A stretch of 64,000 nt of DNA from Lama glama (GCA_028534125.1 CM052817.1:310001-374000), one strand, 5' to 3'; counted from the first letter of the stretch, positions 51,401 to 64,000 are shown. Program-made: numbers and translations. The notes: generated by a model from the letters alone, not told the origin.

Positions 51401-54400
51401 GGCCAGGGTGGACACGTAGGGGACACGGGTGTAGCTGAGGTGGGCCCTTGAGTGGGGAAGGGCTAGGGCTGGGCCCAGAGGCTGGTGGGTGAGGGGTGCA
51501 GGGAGGAGGGGCTGGGGGCTTTTCTACCTGAGCATTGCGGCCAGCCTGCCTCCTCCAGTGAGGAGTGCTGGGGCCTCCATCCACACCCTGGGCCCTCACC
51601 AAGTGGCTGGGGGCAGGGCCTGGAGGCTGGCGGACGTCGGGGGAGGGCTGCACACACCGCACCCCACATAGACGGGCCCCGCTCTGGGGAGAACCAGCCC
51701 AGGGTGGGGGCTTCCAGCAGCTACCCCTGAAGTGCTGGATCCGCTCCGGCCCCCGGGCGGCTGGAACCCCGGGCTTCCCATCTTGGCAGGAAATACGATT
51801 GCTTTTCTTCCTGCTGGGGAGTTTATTTCGTGAGAGATTTACACAAGCTGTGTGCTGTCTGAGTGGCTGAGGAGTGGACAGCGGGGCCTGGGGCAGCAGG
51901 CAGGAGGAGGGACCCCACTGGCTCCCTTGACTCTGCCCCAGAAAAGCCAGGGCCTGCGAGCGCACTCCTCTCCTGAGGCCACCGCCGGCGGCTTCCGGGC
52001 TGCCCTCTGCCCTCCTGCAGCAGCCTGTCGGGCTCTGGGGAGGACTGTGGGGCTGGCCCTGGAGCTCAGCACAGCACAGCGTGTGCCCCTGGAGGGCTGG
52101 GGAGGCCAGTCTGGGCCAGTTGGCTGGCTCGGGCCTCATGCCCTCAGGCCTGTCCTCGAGAAGCCCTGGGGCCCAGGGTCGGAGGCCCTGGTGGAGCAGG
52201 GAGAGCAGGTGTGGGGGGGGCTCTCTGGCCTGGAGGTTCCTGGTGGCTGGGCTGCTGGCTGTGTTGGGTGGTCTGCATGTTCTGCTGAAACGTCCATGGG
52301 TTCCAGGCTCAGGGGCATCCCCCTCTCACTTTTGAGGCGACTCTGGTACCTGGATCAGGGCCCTCAGGGTGGGGCCCTTGGGTGGTCTGGGCCCCGTGAC
52401 GAGTTCCACGTCCTCCGGGCCTAGCGCTGGCATGTGGACGAGGGCTTTCTCGGTTCTTTGGCAGCTAGGAGCAGGGCTCGGCCTCTCTGGGGAGTCCTGC
52501 AGGGACCCCAGTTCTGCAAGTGATGTTTGTGGGGTCGGGGGTGGGTGGCAGGCGTGGGGAGGGTCAGCGTTGAGCCTGGTGGACCTAGTGAGACCTGAAC
52601 GTGGAATAGGGGTGGCGTGGTGTTCAGCTAGGCCCCTGGATGGGTCTGTGGTAGTGGGTCTGGGTGCTGCCCAGTCACTGTCCCCTGTTGGGAGTTCACG
52701 TGGGGCCGCTAGGGGAGCGGCACCCCTGCTTGGGCCCTGGGATGGTGAGGAGGAGCCCTGAACTGGGGGTCCACTGAAGGTCCGTGTGGGGTTTCCTGGG
52801 AAGAGAACAGACCTGGAGGCCCCCCACCTGCCTGCTCACCTGGTGCTCAGGCCAGGCAGCGGGTGGAGGGGACGCGCCAGTCAGCTTGCTTGGTGGGTCG
52901 GGCTGTCCCTCTGTCACGCCCAGAATGTCCTGGTTTCTGGAGCAACCACCTGTCCTGCGGGTCCTACCAGTTCCACCGCAGGTCCTGTGGGTCCAGCCCC
53001 CAGGGGCCGCCCTGGGCCGGCTGGCCTCGGAGCTGGTGTTATGCACATGCACGTGTGTGTAGTGTGTGTGCCCGGGGCTCAGCGCTGGGCCAGTCTGCAT
53101 CCTCCGCCCCATGGCAGCCCTGTGATGGTCCTCACCTGTGCCCCTCTGGGGGCATTCCTGCCCTCCTCCCAGACCTTGCCTTCCTGGAGGGTGCTGGCCC
53201 CAGGCCACGGCATCTGGGCCTTCCCAGCTCACCCCCTGTGCCCGGCCCTTTCACCCCAAAGAGAGCACCCACCTTCCCCTCCCAGCTCAGCTCCCTAGCC
53301 CAGGCCTGGCGGGTGCCCTTTGAGCCCCTCCCCATGCTACTCACTCAGCCCCTCCACCCCGCAGGACGGTGGCCCCTGGCCCGGTGCTCTCACCCTAGAG
53401 CCAGTCCCAACATGGTTAACCTAATGCCCACCAACCCCCCCGGAGTAATGTCTGGGGTTTTGCAGGCTCCCTGGGGACAGAGCAGCCCCGATGAACTGGC
53501 CTGGTGGTTCTTGCACCCTCACTCCCACCTGTGTCTGTGGCTTCCGGGGATGAGGCCTGAGACCACAGGTGCCTCTGCTGGTCTCTGGCACATGGGCCCA
53601 GGGGGCGGGTGGTGTCTCATCCAGCTCCTCTTAAAGGGAGCTTGGGGTCAGCAGGCCAGGGCCCACTGAACGCCCTGGGCAGTGGGGAGAGGTAGAGGCT
53701 GACACCTGGGATGCCTGCACCGCGGCCAGGCCCCTGGCAGATGTGAACACGGCAGGGAACACGGATGCAGATGGAATGGCCGGGGCCCTGCCTCTGGGAG
53801 AGGAGAGGGGGGCGGAGGACGGTGCCCAAGGCAGGGCAGGGGCCGTGGGTCAGTAAGGTGTGGGGTGCTGAGCCTGGGGTGGCCCCCAAGGGCCTGTGAA
53901 GGCTGTGTGGGGATGGGCACGGGCAGGGGCAGAAAGTGAGCTACAGCTGGGGGTCTCTTCTTCCCGCCTCGCATGCGGCCCTCCAGCCCTCTTCTCCTCT
54001 GCCCTCCCTGGGCCCACTGGGGCAGGAGGGGCGTCAGCTGGAGTTCCCACAGGGTCTTGTTTTACTGAACCTGGGAGAATGGTGCTTCTGCCAGGGCAGG
54101 CCCAGCAGGGGCTGTGGGGGTCCTGGCGGCTCAGAGGCGGGATGCGTCCTGGGCGGGAAGTGGGTCTGTGTGCACCCACGGTTGAGGTGTGTGTATCCGG
54201 GGGACTGCACGACAGCGTCACGGTATGACGCCAGCTCTGGGTGGCAGCTGGGAAGCCCAGCCACATCTGCTGGATGTGTGCCCCCCACCCCCCACCTTGT
54301 TGCTAGGCCCTGGCCCCTCCCAGCACCTCCATTCCTGACCATGTTTTCACAGTGAGGGGTGGAGGGGAGGAAGGAGATGGGAAAGGAGAGGGCAGCACCT

Positions 54401-57400
54401 TCCCTGCCCGTTACCTTGATGCTCAGCCCCCACCTTGTGGTGGTGAGATGCCACTGCCCACCCCCAGTCTGCGTTTGCCTCGCAACACTCTCCAGGTGCC
54501 ATCCCTGTATGTAGCCTGTGGCTCAGGGTGAGCACTGGGCTGGGGCTTCCTGGAGGAGGCGCTCACAGGGAGGGGGCTGAGGTTGGGTGTGGAGGGCCCT
54601 GCCCGGGAAGCTGGCTGCTCCTCCCCCATGCCCTCACTCTGGCCTCAGTTTCCCCCTGGCTGAGTGGCTTGGATGCCCTGTCCAGGTGGAATAGCAGGGC
54701 TTGTGTTTCCCAGGCTAAATATAGAGCTGTGGCAGCCGTGCTGGCGGCTGAAATTCCCAGGAATCTGAGGGGCCAGGCCTCCTGCTGGTGAGCCTGCTGG
54801 GGTCTCTGCAGAGGCAGGGGTTGGGGCTGGGGCCTGACCTGGTATCGGGCAGGCTGCAGCGGGGCAGGGGCCGTGTGCTTCAGGGTGAGGCTGGCTCCAG
54901 CTGGGGGCCTCCGGCTGGGCTGCTGCCTGACCCCCTGGCTGCCTGCAGGCCGGCCCTGTCCCTCCTTCACAGTGACCAAGGGTGGCATCCCTGCCACCCA
55001 GTAGGTGCCCCCTACTCCTCAGGTTCTCCTGTCTGGGGGCGAGGAGGGCAAGAGGGTGAGGGGCTGGAGGTGACCCCCCCCATGGTCAGGCTGGGCTTTT
55101 CTCCACTGAGAAACTGAGGCAGGCTCCTTCAGGGGATGAGGGTGTCGGACCAGCCCTCCACGGTGTCCCCAGGATGCAGTGGGGACAAGCAGAGCCCAGC
55201 AGGGAGGGATGTTGTCCCTTGTGCAGGCACTGTCCTCCCTATGTGCCTTCCAGGCTGTTGCGTGTGTCTGTGTGCTTGTGCTTGTCCGTGTGTGAGCCTT
55301 GCGCCCAGGTGTCAGCCTGAGAGGCCCAGGGCCCGGGGCGGGCTGGGGGTAGGGGAGCCCTCTTTGTCCTGCAGCTTGGGAGGCCCCGTGAATGGTGGGA
55401 TTGCAGGCGGTGACAGGTGGCGGACAGGGTCTGCCCGGGAATGAGACCAAGACTCGGGGGGCCTCAGGAGGCCCCGTGGCCCCTCCCTCTGGTGAGCTGG
55501 GTGGGCGCCTGGGGGAGCCCTGCAGGTAAACGAGTTACCAGTGAGAAGCAGCTCTCAGCCCTTCCAGGGGAGCCAGCAAGGCTGGTGACGGGGGGCTGGC
55601 TGGGAGAGCAGAGCCCAGGGTGCCTGCCTAGGGGCTGTGTGGCCGGGCTGGCGCTGCCCAAGTAAAGGCAGGGTGTGGAGGGGAGGTCTCAGAGGGATGG
55701 TGCCCCATGTCCCTGTGTCTCTCACAGCCCCGTCCCCTGGGATCAGAGACTCGGCACGCGTCCCCATCTGGGGCCCCGGAGAAGCTGAGCCCTAGGCTGG
55801 CAGCTCCCTCCGTCCGAAGGGGGATGTCCCCCAGCCTGCCCTAGTGCCCCAGACAGAGGTCGTGAGGGCTTGTGCTCTGAGAGCTGCGTGGTGAGAACAG
55901 AAAGCCGCCCCCCATCTCTGGGGAACCCACAGGAGCACTTTGGGCCCTGGTTGCAAAGCGGCAGCAGACCCAGCTGGCAACAGTGTGTTGAAGAAACACC
56001 AGCTGGTTATTAAAAACACATGCTGCCCTCGGGCCCCGCAGCGACAGCATCCCGGAGCAGCCACCGCCTCGGCCCTCCTTGTGGCCAGGACGCGGTTTGC
56101 AGACCCTCGAGACGGGTGGCTGCAGTGAGGGGTTGATGTCTCTTTCGGCGCCTGTGGGTGGGGTCCCAGGAGCCAGGCCCCCGTGGCTGCCTCTCCTGAT
56201 CTGAGGGATAGTAGGTGGGGTGACCTCGTGAGAACCCGGCACCACTCATGGTCATCCTATGGTCCAGGAACTGCAGACCAGTCCAGGCTCAGAGCCACGG
56301 GCGGGCGGGGCTGAGGGTCAGCCAGAAGATAGTTCCACTCCTTTCTGAGGCCTATAGTGTCCTTCCCAACCAGCCAGCCACCTGCTGCCCTCCAGGCCTG
56401 GTCATCCCCACTGTCCCTGCACTTGACCCCAGAAAAAATGAGGCTGGAAATGGGCTGGCAAGTGGGGCTGGGTTTCTTCCTGCTGATGAAGGGCACCATG
56501 GCCTCAGCCCAGGCCTCGGGCTTCTCCCATGGGAGACAGTGGTCACCTAGGGCCAGTGTGCCTGGCTGCTTGGCCCCTGACCCCAGGGCTTTCGGGTCAC
56601 TCTCCTCCACCTGGTGTGGCCTGGCTGGCAGCAGGGAGGCTCTCATCTGGGCAGACAGACCTGGGCAGAGGTAGCCCCCACACATAGGCACAGACGTGGG
56701 CCACCAGACACAGGCCGCCGGTGCCACACTAACCACACACCACTGCAGTTACACGCATGTGCACACACAGGCGAACTGGGTGCCTGCAGAGAGGCAGTGA
56801 GGGGATGCCCTCGCTTGGCCGCTCGTGGGGGGCAGGCATCCTGGGTATTCTGGTTCCCGTGCGATGACACGCAGTGTGCCCTGGGTGAACACCGTCTGTG
56901 GTCTGGGAGGAGGATGGGTGTATATGGGTGGCCTCCTCGGTGGGGACTTGGCAGGGACAGCCTCTCCCCTGGGCTCCTGGTGCCCCCACCTGCCTTGGCC
57001 GCAACTCCTAGCCAGTCCCCTCCCCCGACCAAGCTCTCTGACTGCCCTCCAGGCCCCCCAAGGATGGCAGACAAGGTAGTCCCACGGCAGGTGGCCCGGC
57101 TGGGCCGCACCGTTCGGCTGCAGTGCCCTGTGGAGGGGGACCCGCCGCCACTGACCATGTGGACCAAGGATGGCCGGACGGTCCATGGCGGCTGGAGCCG
57201 CTTCCGAGTGCTGCCACAGGGGCTGAAGGTCAAGGAGGTGGAGCGGGAGGACGCCGGCGCCTACGTGTGCAAGGCCACCAATGGCTTCGGCAGCCTCAGC
57301 GTCAACTACACCCTCATCGTGATGGGTCAGTGCTGGCTGGGGCAGGACTGTGTGGTGCCCAATACACCCCACCCTCATCCTGCCCGAGCCCGGCCTCCTC

Positions 57401-59869
57401 TGAGCCCAGGACACCACCCTTTGCGGGCCCCTCCTCGTCAGACTGCACCTCAGGGGTCCCCTTCCTCCTGGGCCCCTCCTCCCCAAAGGTTCTGCTGACC
57501 TGGCGGCCAGGGTGGCTGCAGGGGTGGATGTTGGGGGCCCCAGGTGGTGGTCCCACTGAAGGGCAGACCAGCGGGCCAGGCAGGATGGCAGCCTTGATGT
57601 CGGCCATGACTTTGAGGGTCAGGTTTCGGAGTTCAGAGGAGCCGCTGGGAACGAAGGGCCTCTGTTCTCTGCCTCTGGGGTCTGGGCTTGGGGACTGGGC
57701 AGTGCCCCCAGCAACACACCCTCCACTTACTGGTACCAGGCACTGCGCCCAGCTTCCCCCGCCATGGGCTCTGGGTGGGTCCCTTGAGGCAGGCTCCCTG
57801 GCAGCACAAAGGAGGAGCCTGACCCGTGCCCCCCAACACTGGGTTCTTGGGTTGGGGCTCAAAGCCTGGCCTCGGCCTGGGCCGGTGGAGGTGGCGGCTG
57901 TCATGGGGAGGGGGCATTCCTCAGTGTGCCCCACCCCCTGGCCAGGCCCCACAGGCCTTCCCTGGCTTGTGGAATGGGAGTACTGTGGATGTCCACCCCC
58001 CCGCCACCGTCCTTTCAGAGGGGAGGATGACCAGGCGGTATGTGGGCCATGTCAGTTCACCAGGCCCTCGGCGCCTTGATGTGGGCTAGGGTTACTGCAG
58101 CTGCTGGCTGAGCTGGGCCCCCACCTCCCCCAGGCCCTGCAGACCCCTCGGAGCCAGGGTGGGAGAGCCAGCTCTCCATCCCACCACGCCTGTCGGGGTC
58201 ACCTGCACCCAGGGAGTGGGCTGGTGGGTGGCTTTCGCCCAGCTGTCTCTGGATTCTGAGATGTGGGTGTGCGCCCACGGCCTCCTGCTGGCGTCTCTAG
58301 AGCTGCCCCAGCCGGGCCTGAGGCTGGGCCTGGGAACCAGCCCCGGGGCTGGGGTGGGGGCTGGGGAGCCATGCCTGGATCTTGGGGCTGCTGAGGCCCT
58401 TCTGACGCGCTTTCCACTCTGCAGATGACACCAGCCCAGGAAGGGAGAGTGCGGGGCATGAGGGCTCCCCTGGGGGCCAGGAAGACCCAGCCAGCAAACA
58501 GTGGGGTGAGCATGGGGGCAGATGTCACCACTTTCTTTCAGCCAGGTGGGGCCCCTGGTGCCCCCCTGACCTCTCTGCCTCCCCCGCAGCTCGGCCCCGC
58601 TTCACACAGCCCTCCAAGATGAGGCGCCGGGTGATTGCACGGCCCGTGGGCAGCTCCGTGCGGCTCAAGTGCGTCGCCAGCGGGCATCCACGGCCGGACA
58701 TCATGTGGATGAAGGATGACCAGGCCTTGACGCGCCCCGAGGCTGGAGAGCACAGGAAGAAGTGGACGCTGAGCCTGAAGAACCTGCGTCCGGAAGACAG
58801 CGGCAAGTATACCTGCCGTGTGTCGAACCGCGCCGGTGCCATCAACGCCACCTACAAGGTGGACGTGATCCGTGAGTGCGGGGGCGGGGGTGGGGGCGCG
58901 GGTGGGCTGGCGCCTGGGGGCCGTGCCCAATGCGTGTCCCTGCGCAGAGCGGACACGCTCCAAGCCTGTCCTCACGGGCACACATCCGGTGAACACGACG
59001 GTGGACTTCGGGGGCACAACGTCCTTCCAGTGCAAAGTGCGCAGCGACGTGAAGCCGGTGATCCAGTGGCTGAAACGCGTGGAGTATGGAGCCGAGGGCC
59101 GCTATAACTCCACCATCGATGTGGGTGGCCAGAAGTTCGTGGTGCTGCCCACGGGCGACGTGTGGTCGCGGCCCGATGGCTCCTACCTCAACAAGCTGCT
59201 CATCACTCGCGCCCGCCAGGACGATGCGGGCATGTACATCTGCCTGGGCGCCAACACCATGGGCTACAGCTTCCGCAGCGCCTTCCTCACGGTGCTTCCT
59301 GGTGAGTGGGCCACACCCTTCCTGCCCCGCCCTGCCTTCGTCCTGAGCCACGCCCACATAGCCCTCCAGCCGGCACCCCCAACCGGATCCCTGGTGATGT
59401 TCCCCTCCCACCCCCTTCTCCTGCAGACCCAAAGCCGCCAGGGCCACCAGTGGCCCCCTCATCCTCGACCACTAGCCTCCCATGGCCGGTGGTCATTGGC
59501 ATCCCAGCCGGCGCCGTTTTCATCCTGGGCACTGTGCTCCTGTGGCTCTGCCAGGCCAAGAAGAAGCCGTGTGCTCCCACGCCTGCCCCTCCCGTGCCGG
59601 GACACCGTGCTCCCATGACGGCTCGTGACCGCAGCGGGGACAAGGACCTGCCCGCCCCCACCACCCTCACCGCCACCTCTGGTGTGGGGCTTTGTGAGGA
59701 CCTCGGGCCCCCGGCAGCCCCTCAGCATCTGCTGGGCCTGGGCTCAGCTGCTGGCCCCAAGCTTTACCCCAAACTCTACACTGACACGCTCACTCACACG
59801 CACTCACACACACACTCACATGTGGAGGGCAAGGTCCACCAGCATCAGCACATCCACTACCAGTGCTAG
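48202..59869 (+). CDS. FGFRL1: Fibroblast growth factor receptor-like 1 (FGFR5), 6 coding exons, 504 aa
   Basis: Exons 48202-48283, 57053-57325, 58425-58505, 58590-58871, 58948-59301, 59427-59869; total 1515 nt, in frame. Signal peptide, three Ig domains, TM segment [29 protein letters not shown] motif, His-rich tail, no kinase domain. Confidence 0.97.
48445..48610. repeat. Degenerate minisatellite (about 18-20-bp units, core ccagctcacccgtggg)
   Basis: About 8-9 imperfect CTCAC-containing units in FGFRL1 intron 2. Confidence 0.6.
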
Positions 59870-59997
59870 AGGGTGCAGCTTTCCGACGCCCGCCCACCAG
59901 AGCTCCGGGTGCCTGGGATGGGCTGGAGGGGGCCCAGGCTGGGGCGAGAGGGCCACTGAGGGAGATGGACCACAGGTGAGAGGTGCCCCGAGTGAGG

Positions 59998-60057
59998 CAC
60001 ACACACACACACAGACGCACATACATGCACGACGTACCTCTGGACACACACACGGAG

Positions 60058-60096
<39 letters not shown>

Positions 60097-60110
60097 CACA
60101 CACACACTCT
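59998..60110. repeat. (CA)n microsatellite cluster in the FGFRL1 3' UTR
   Basis: CA runs at about 59998-60013, 60045-60053 and a long run at about 60059-60094. Confidence 0.9.
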
Positions 60111-60659
60111 CAGACTAAGCAGCCCTTGGGAAGGTCTGTGTTGTAATTTGCAGTGCGCATGTAGCAATGGGCTAGCTCATGAAGGAATCCCTTGGCCCCG
60201 TGGGAAGGATTTCATAGGGGCCATGATCACCCCCCAACCCCGGCCTGGCAGGAGATCTGAGAGGCACCCTGGCTTTGTGAACCAAAAACTCCGACCCCTT
60301 CCCTACGCCTGCCCGCCTGTGTCCCTGCCCCGGCTATTTTTGCCACCACCTGTCCGGGTGTCCAGGAGTCCACCAGTACCCTGGGCAGGGGGGGTCACAT
60401 GTAGCAGTCCAGGGCCCTGCCCAGAGAGGCTGGAGCCGGCTGGGGGTGGCTCCTGCCCCACCCGGCCTCCCACTGCCAGAGGGAAGGGGCCCTTGATATT
60501 TATATTTAAGAAATTAAGATAATATTAATAATGATGAGAGGAGGGTGTGGCCGCAGAGATTCGGCCTCTCCTGGGGCCCAGGACCCGCCTAGCCCTGTGG
60601 CCACACTGATGTCCACCCGGGACCGGGCACCCATCACCCTACTCCCTGTGGTGGCCCCA

Positions 60660-60800
60660 GACCTCTGTAATTTTATATAGAGTTTGAGCTGAAGCTTCGT
60701 ATATTTAATTTATTTTGTTAAACAAGAAAATGTGCATCCTTTCTCTCTAAGCTGGTGTGTCTGCGTGTGCATGCATGTGTACATGCGTATGTGCCTGTGA
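60660..60800 (+). terminator. Probable FGFRL1 3' end (AU-rich upstream block, GU-rich downstream block, no AATAAA)
   Basis: tgtaattttatatag...tatatttaatttattttgttaaacaagaaaatgtgcatcctttc followed by ggtgtgtctgcgtgtgcatg; resembles the recalled end of human FGFRL1 mRNA. Confidence 0.55.
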
Positions 60801-61139
60801 CCAGACTGGGTTCCAGAATCGGGAGCAGAGGAGGCTCTCAGGAGCCCCATTGCCAGGGCTTAGGCTCCGAGGCTGAGACCTTGGGTCCCCAGGGCCCGCC
60901 ATCAGGGCCCCCGAGCAGAAGGAGTCTTCCCCGTGCACCTGCACACCCTCCCACGCAGGCCAGAGTCCTGCACACCTGGCCCTGTGGGTGCCCCTCTACG
61001 GGCGTGGCCCCTGCAGCCCTCAGGCCTCTGCTTCTCCCCACCGCAACCTGGGGTTAACTGGGTGGCCTTAGTGGGGAGACGGGCAACGGCTGTATTGTTG
61101 CCTTTACCCAGGTGACCCAGTCTCTGTCCACCTAGGGTG

Positions 61140-61200
61140 GTACAACCGTGGTCTCAGTCTCCAGATGGGGAAACTGAGGCTCTGACCCCCTCGGCCAGCA
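61140..61200 (-). mobile_element. MIR core fragment
   Basis: cagatggggaaactgaggctctga. Confidence 0.5.
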
Positions 61201-64000
61201 CGCAGGGGTTGGGCTTCCTCTGGCCCAGAGGTTCTGGAGCCTTTCAAGAAAAGCAGTAAGATAACGTGTGCGAATTTAGCAAAGCTCCTGCGTGACAGTG
61301 TCGGAAGGTCCAAGGGAGGGGTGAGGCCTTGCTGTGTCCTGAGCACTGCCCCAGCCACCGCAGCTTCTTTGCGCTTCAGGAAAGAAGCATGGGCTCCGCC
61401 TGACCGTCCCACCCAAGAACTGCTGGTCCCCGGGTTAGGGCTGAGTGTCTCCTCCACTCCCACAATGAGGTGCTGCCCCCTCTGCCTCCGCTAGGCTCCC
61501 AGGGCTGGGTCCACTGTCCCCTCCACCACTAGGGCTCCCGTGAATGCAGAATGGGGTCCCCTGTCCTCAACATCCCCCCATCCTCTGGCCTTCCAGGGTG
61601 GACGCCACTCCTGTTCCCAGGCAGGCAGGGGCTGGCCCTGAGGGAAGCCCCACTGGGGTGTCCTGACTCCATGGGCAGTGACCACACTTAGAGCAGGGCC
61701 AGTGGCCTCCAGATGATGGAGGCCACTGACAGGGGACACCATGGGAGATCTGGACCCTGGCTGGCTGTGGAGAGCCCTCCTGCAGTGGCCTAGGGAGTGG
61801 TGCCTGTATCTGCATGTGTTTGTGTGTGTGTGTGCAAGCGTGTGGACGTGCATGTGTGCACGCCTGGATACCAAGGGGCTGCAGGCAGCCCACAGCTGGT
61901 GACTGAACAGATGTTCCCCAGACAAGACAGGCTGCAGCCCATGTCTGGTTGGGTTTCAGTTTGAGGGGGGAGGGGTGCAGAGAGGGGGAACCTCGAGTGG
62001 AGGGGAGGCCTCGGGCAGTGGGCCATCTTTAGGTCATAGGAGATGAACTGCTCCCTCCCCAGAGCACAGGCATAGGGGTGGGCACCCTTGAGGGTACAGT
62101 CCGCAAGAACCTCAAAGGGGACTCTGGGACTCCCAACCTTGTATCCTTGGCCTGAGGTCCAGTGCTGTCCACATGGGCTCACGTGGGGACACTCATCCTC
62201 TGCCCCAGGGAAGTCTGTGGAGGGTTGATGACCTGCCCACCCCCAGGACCACTCTCTCAGCCGGACAGGCGTGCAGGGCTGGGGATTGCAGTTCTGAGAC
62301 CTGCGGCCCTGGGCCCACCCCCCAGCAGCATTTCAGGAGGGAGAGGTTCTGATGGGATGGTCATTCTACAGCTATAGTAGGGCCCTGGGCAGGGCAGGGG
62401 GACCCTGTGGAAGACAAGCAGACCTACCCTCGTCCGGCTGTCCCCACTCCCACCAGCCCTAGCCCCCATTACTGGCCCGCTACACCCTGGAGCTCAGAGA
62501 CCTTAGCCAAGCCCCCTCCCACAGTACAGCTTCCTGCCCTGGGAGTATGGGGGTAGGAGGGCAACCTGGGAGGGTCTCAAAGGCTTCCTGGAGGGTGGAC
62601 CATCTCCTCCCTGTTCCCCCTGCGGCTTCCAGACCCTTCTCCCCCAGCCTCCCAGTCTGCAGCAGCAGGCCCCCTCCTGCGTCTCCCTGGTCTGTCTCCA
62701 GCTGACACTTCCAAGACTCCTGTGTGATTTTAGTGCCCACTGGATGCCCCCCGACCTCAGCTCCTATCCCCACGACTGCAGGGTCCCCAAATTGCAGAGG
62801 GGCACACAGGCCATCCTGCCTCCTGCACCTGGGCTGGAAGTTCCCACCGCCCCCCTGTGGGGGCTGGGGCCGCACGGCAGAAGGGTGTGTCCTCACCATG
62901 CTGCGTGTTGGCAGGGTGTCTAAAAGATGAGGCGCCCTGCACCCTAGCCTTGCAGGCCCGAGGCTCCCAGGGCCAGCCTCGCCGTGCGAAGTCTGCCTAG
63001 CAGACTGTTCACTGGCCTGCCAACTGATCAGCCCCTGTGCCCAACCCCCATCTGACCAGGCTTTCTGTCCCCCTGGTGCCCCGCCCCTTTGGGGGGCTCC
63101 CAGGCCACCCACAGAGGAAAGCCCACTCATGGAGGAGGCAGGGGCTTGAGGGTAGGGCCGAGGGGAGCCTGAGTGGGCGGGGCCAGGTGGCAGGAGGGGC
63201 CAGGTGGCAGGCGGGGCCAAGGGGAGGGTCCATGGGCGCAGAAGGGCCAGGGGGAGCCCAGAGGCCCACCAGGGAGGGGCACATGGTCAGGGCCACGACT
63301 CCTGGGCTCTGAGAGGCCAGGCCCTGGGCTTCCCATGCCCCTCCGTGGTTGCCCCTTCACAGACACCAAAGCCAGGCCCTGATGTGCCCTTGGCCACAGG
63401 CACAAAGACCAGTGAGCCGCCACCAATGTGATGGTGGCCCACCTACAGGAGCACAGCTGCCTCCAGGCCCCAGCTCTGGGGCTTCCCTCGTGAGGGGGGA
63501 GTGGGGCCTGGGCCCTGTTCTGGGGGCTCTGGGTCCTGAGGTAGAGGAAGGGAATCAGCTGCGCTCTCGGAGTGACCCCAAGGCCAGGGTCTGAGGGCCA
63601 TCTGGGGAGGAGGCTCCCGATGTCCACGGTAGGGGAGCCTGGAGCTGGGTAAGGGGGGCGCTGGGAGGGTGGAGCCCCAGGTGCTGAGCCTGGCCAGCAC
63701 CTCCCCTGATCCCTTCCTGGGCGCTGATAGCTGGTTCCCTTGAAGCTCGGCAAACTTGAAAGGGCAGCCCAGGCTCTGCCGCCCTCGGTGTGACTGCTTC
63801 CCTCTCACTCCCGCCTCTGCTGCCCAGCCCTGCTGGCTTCAAAGGGACAGCGACAGCCTTCTGCAGCTGTCCCAGAGCGGGGGGGCCTGCGGCTGATGTC
63901 CAGGGATCGGGCAGGGCCACAGAGCCCGAGGATGAGGGGGACATGGGACAGCCCCACCCCCACGGGCCTGGGTCGGGAGGGCCTGGAGGGAGATCAGAGC

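Noticed and set aside
63178-63220. Direct repeat GGCCAGGTGGCAGG as tandem CTCF sites
   Set aside because: Only the 3' half of the motif matches; a short local duplication is the simpler explanation.

Overview
GC-rich mammalian genomic DNA containing the conserved syntenic block DGKQ(-) / IDUA(+) / SLC26A1(-, nested inside IDUA) / FGFRL1(+), orthologous to human 4p16.3. A tRNA-Ala-derived SINE resembling camelid Vic-1 suggests an alpaca, llama or camel genome (inference). All four exon structures were traced by hand, with splice phases and frame checked. DGKQ has 23 exons, the last cut by the window start; IDUA has 14 exons and 643 aa, with a GC-AG intron 11; SLC26A1 has 2 coding exons and 706 aa; FGFRL1 has 6 coding exons and 504 aa. 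Intergenic and intronic DNA holds old L1, L2, MIR, MLT1 and hAT repeats. Almost all ORFs in the supplied track are GC-rich or antisense shadows. I see no convincing wholly new biological system. The best second-look items are: the SLC26A1 3'UTR running antisense across IDUA exon 2; a truncated IDUA C-terminus with a fossil tail and three extra N-glycosylation sequons; the CA-repeat-encoded FGFRL1 tail with all three frames open; an FGFRL1 uORF; a mini-intron-like AT island in FGFRL1 intron 2; two orphan CpG promoter-like patches, one inside a decayed L1; and several enhancer motif clusters. Comparisons with human or rodent sequences are from memory and need alignment.
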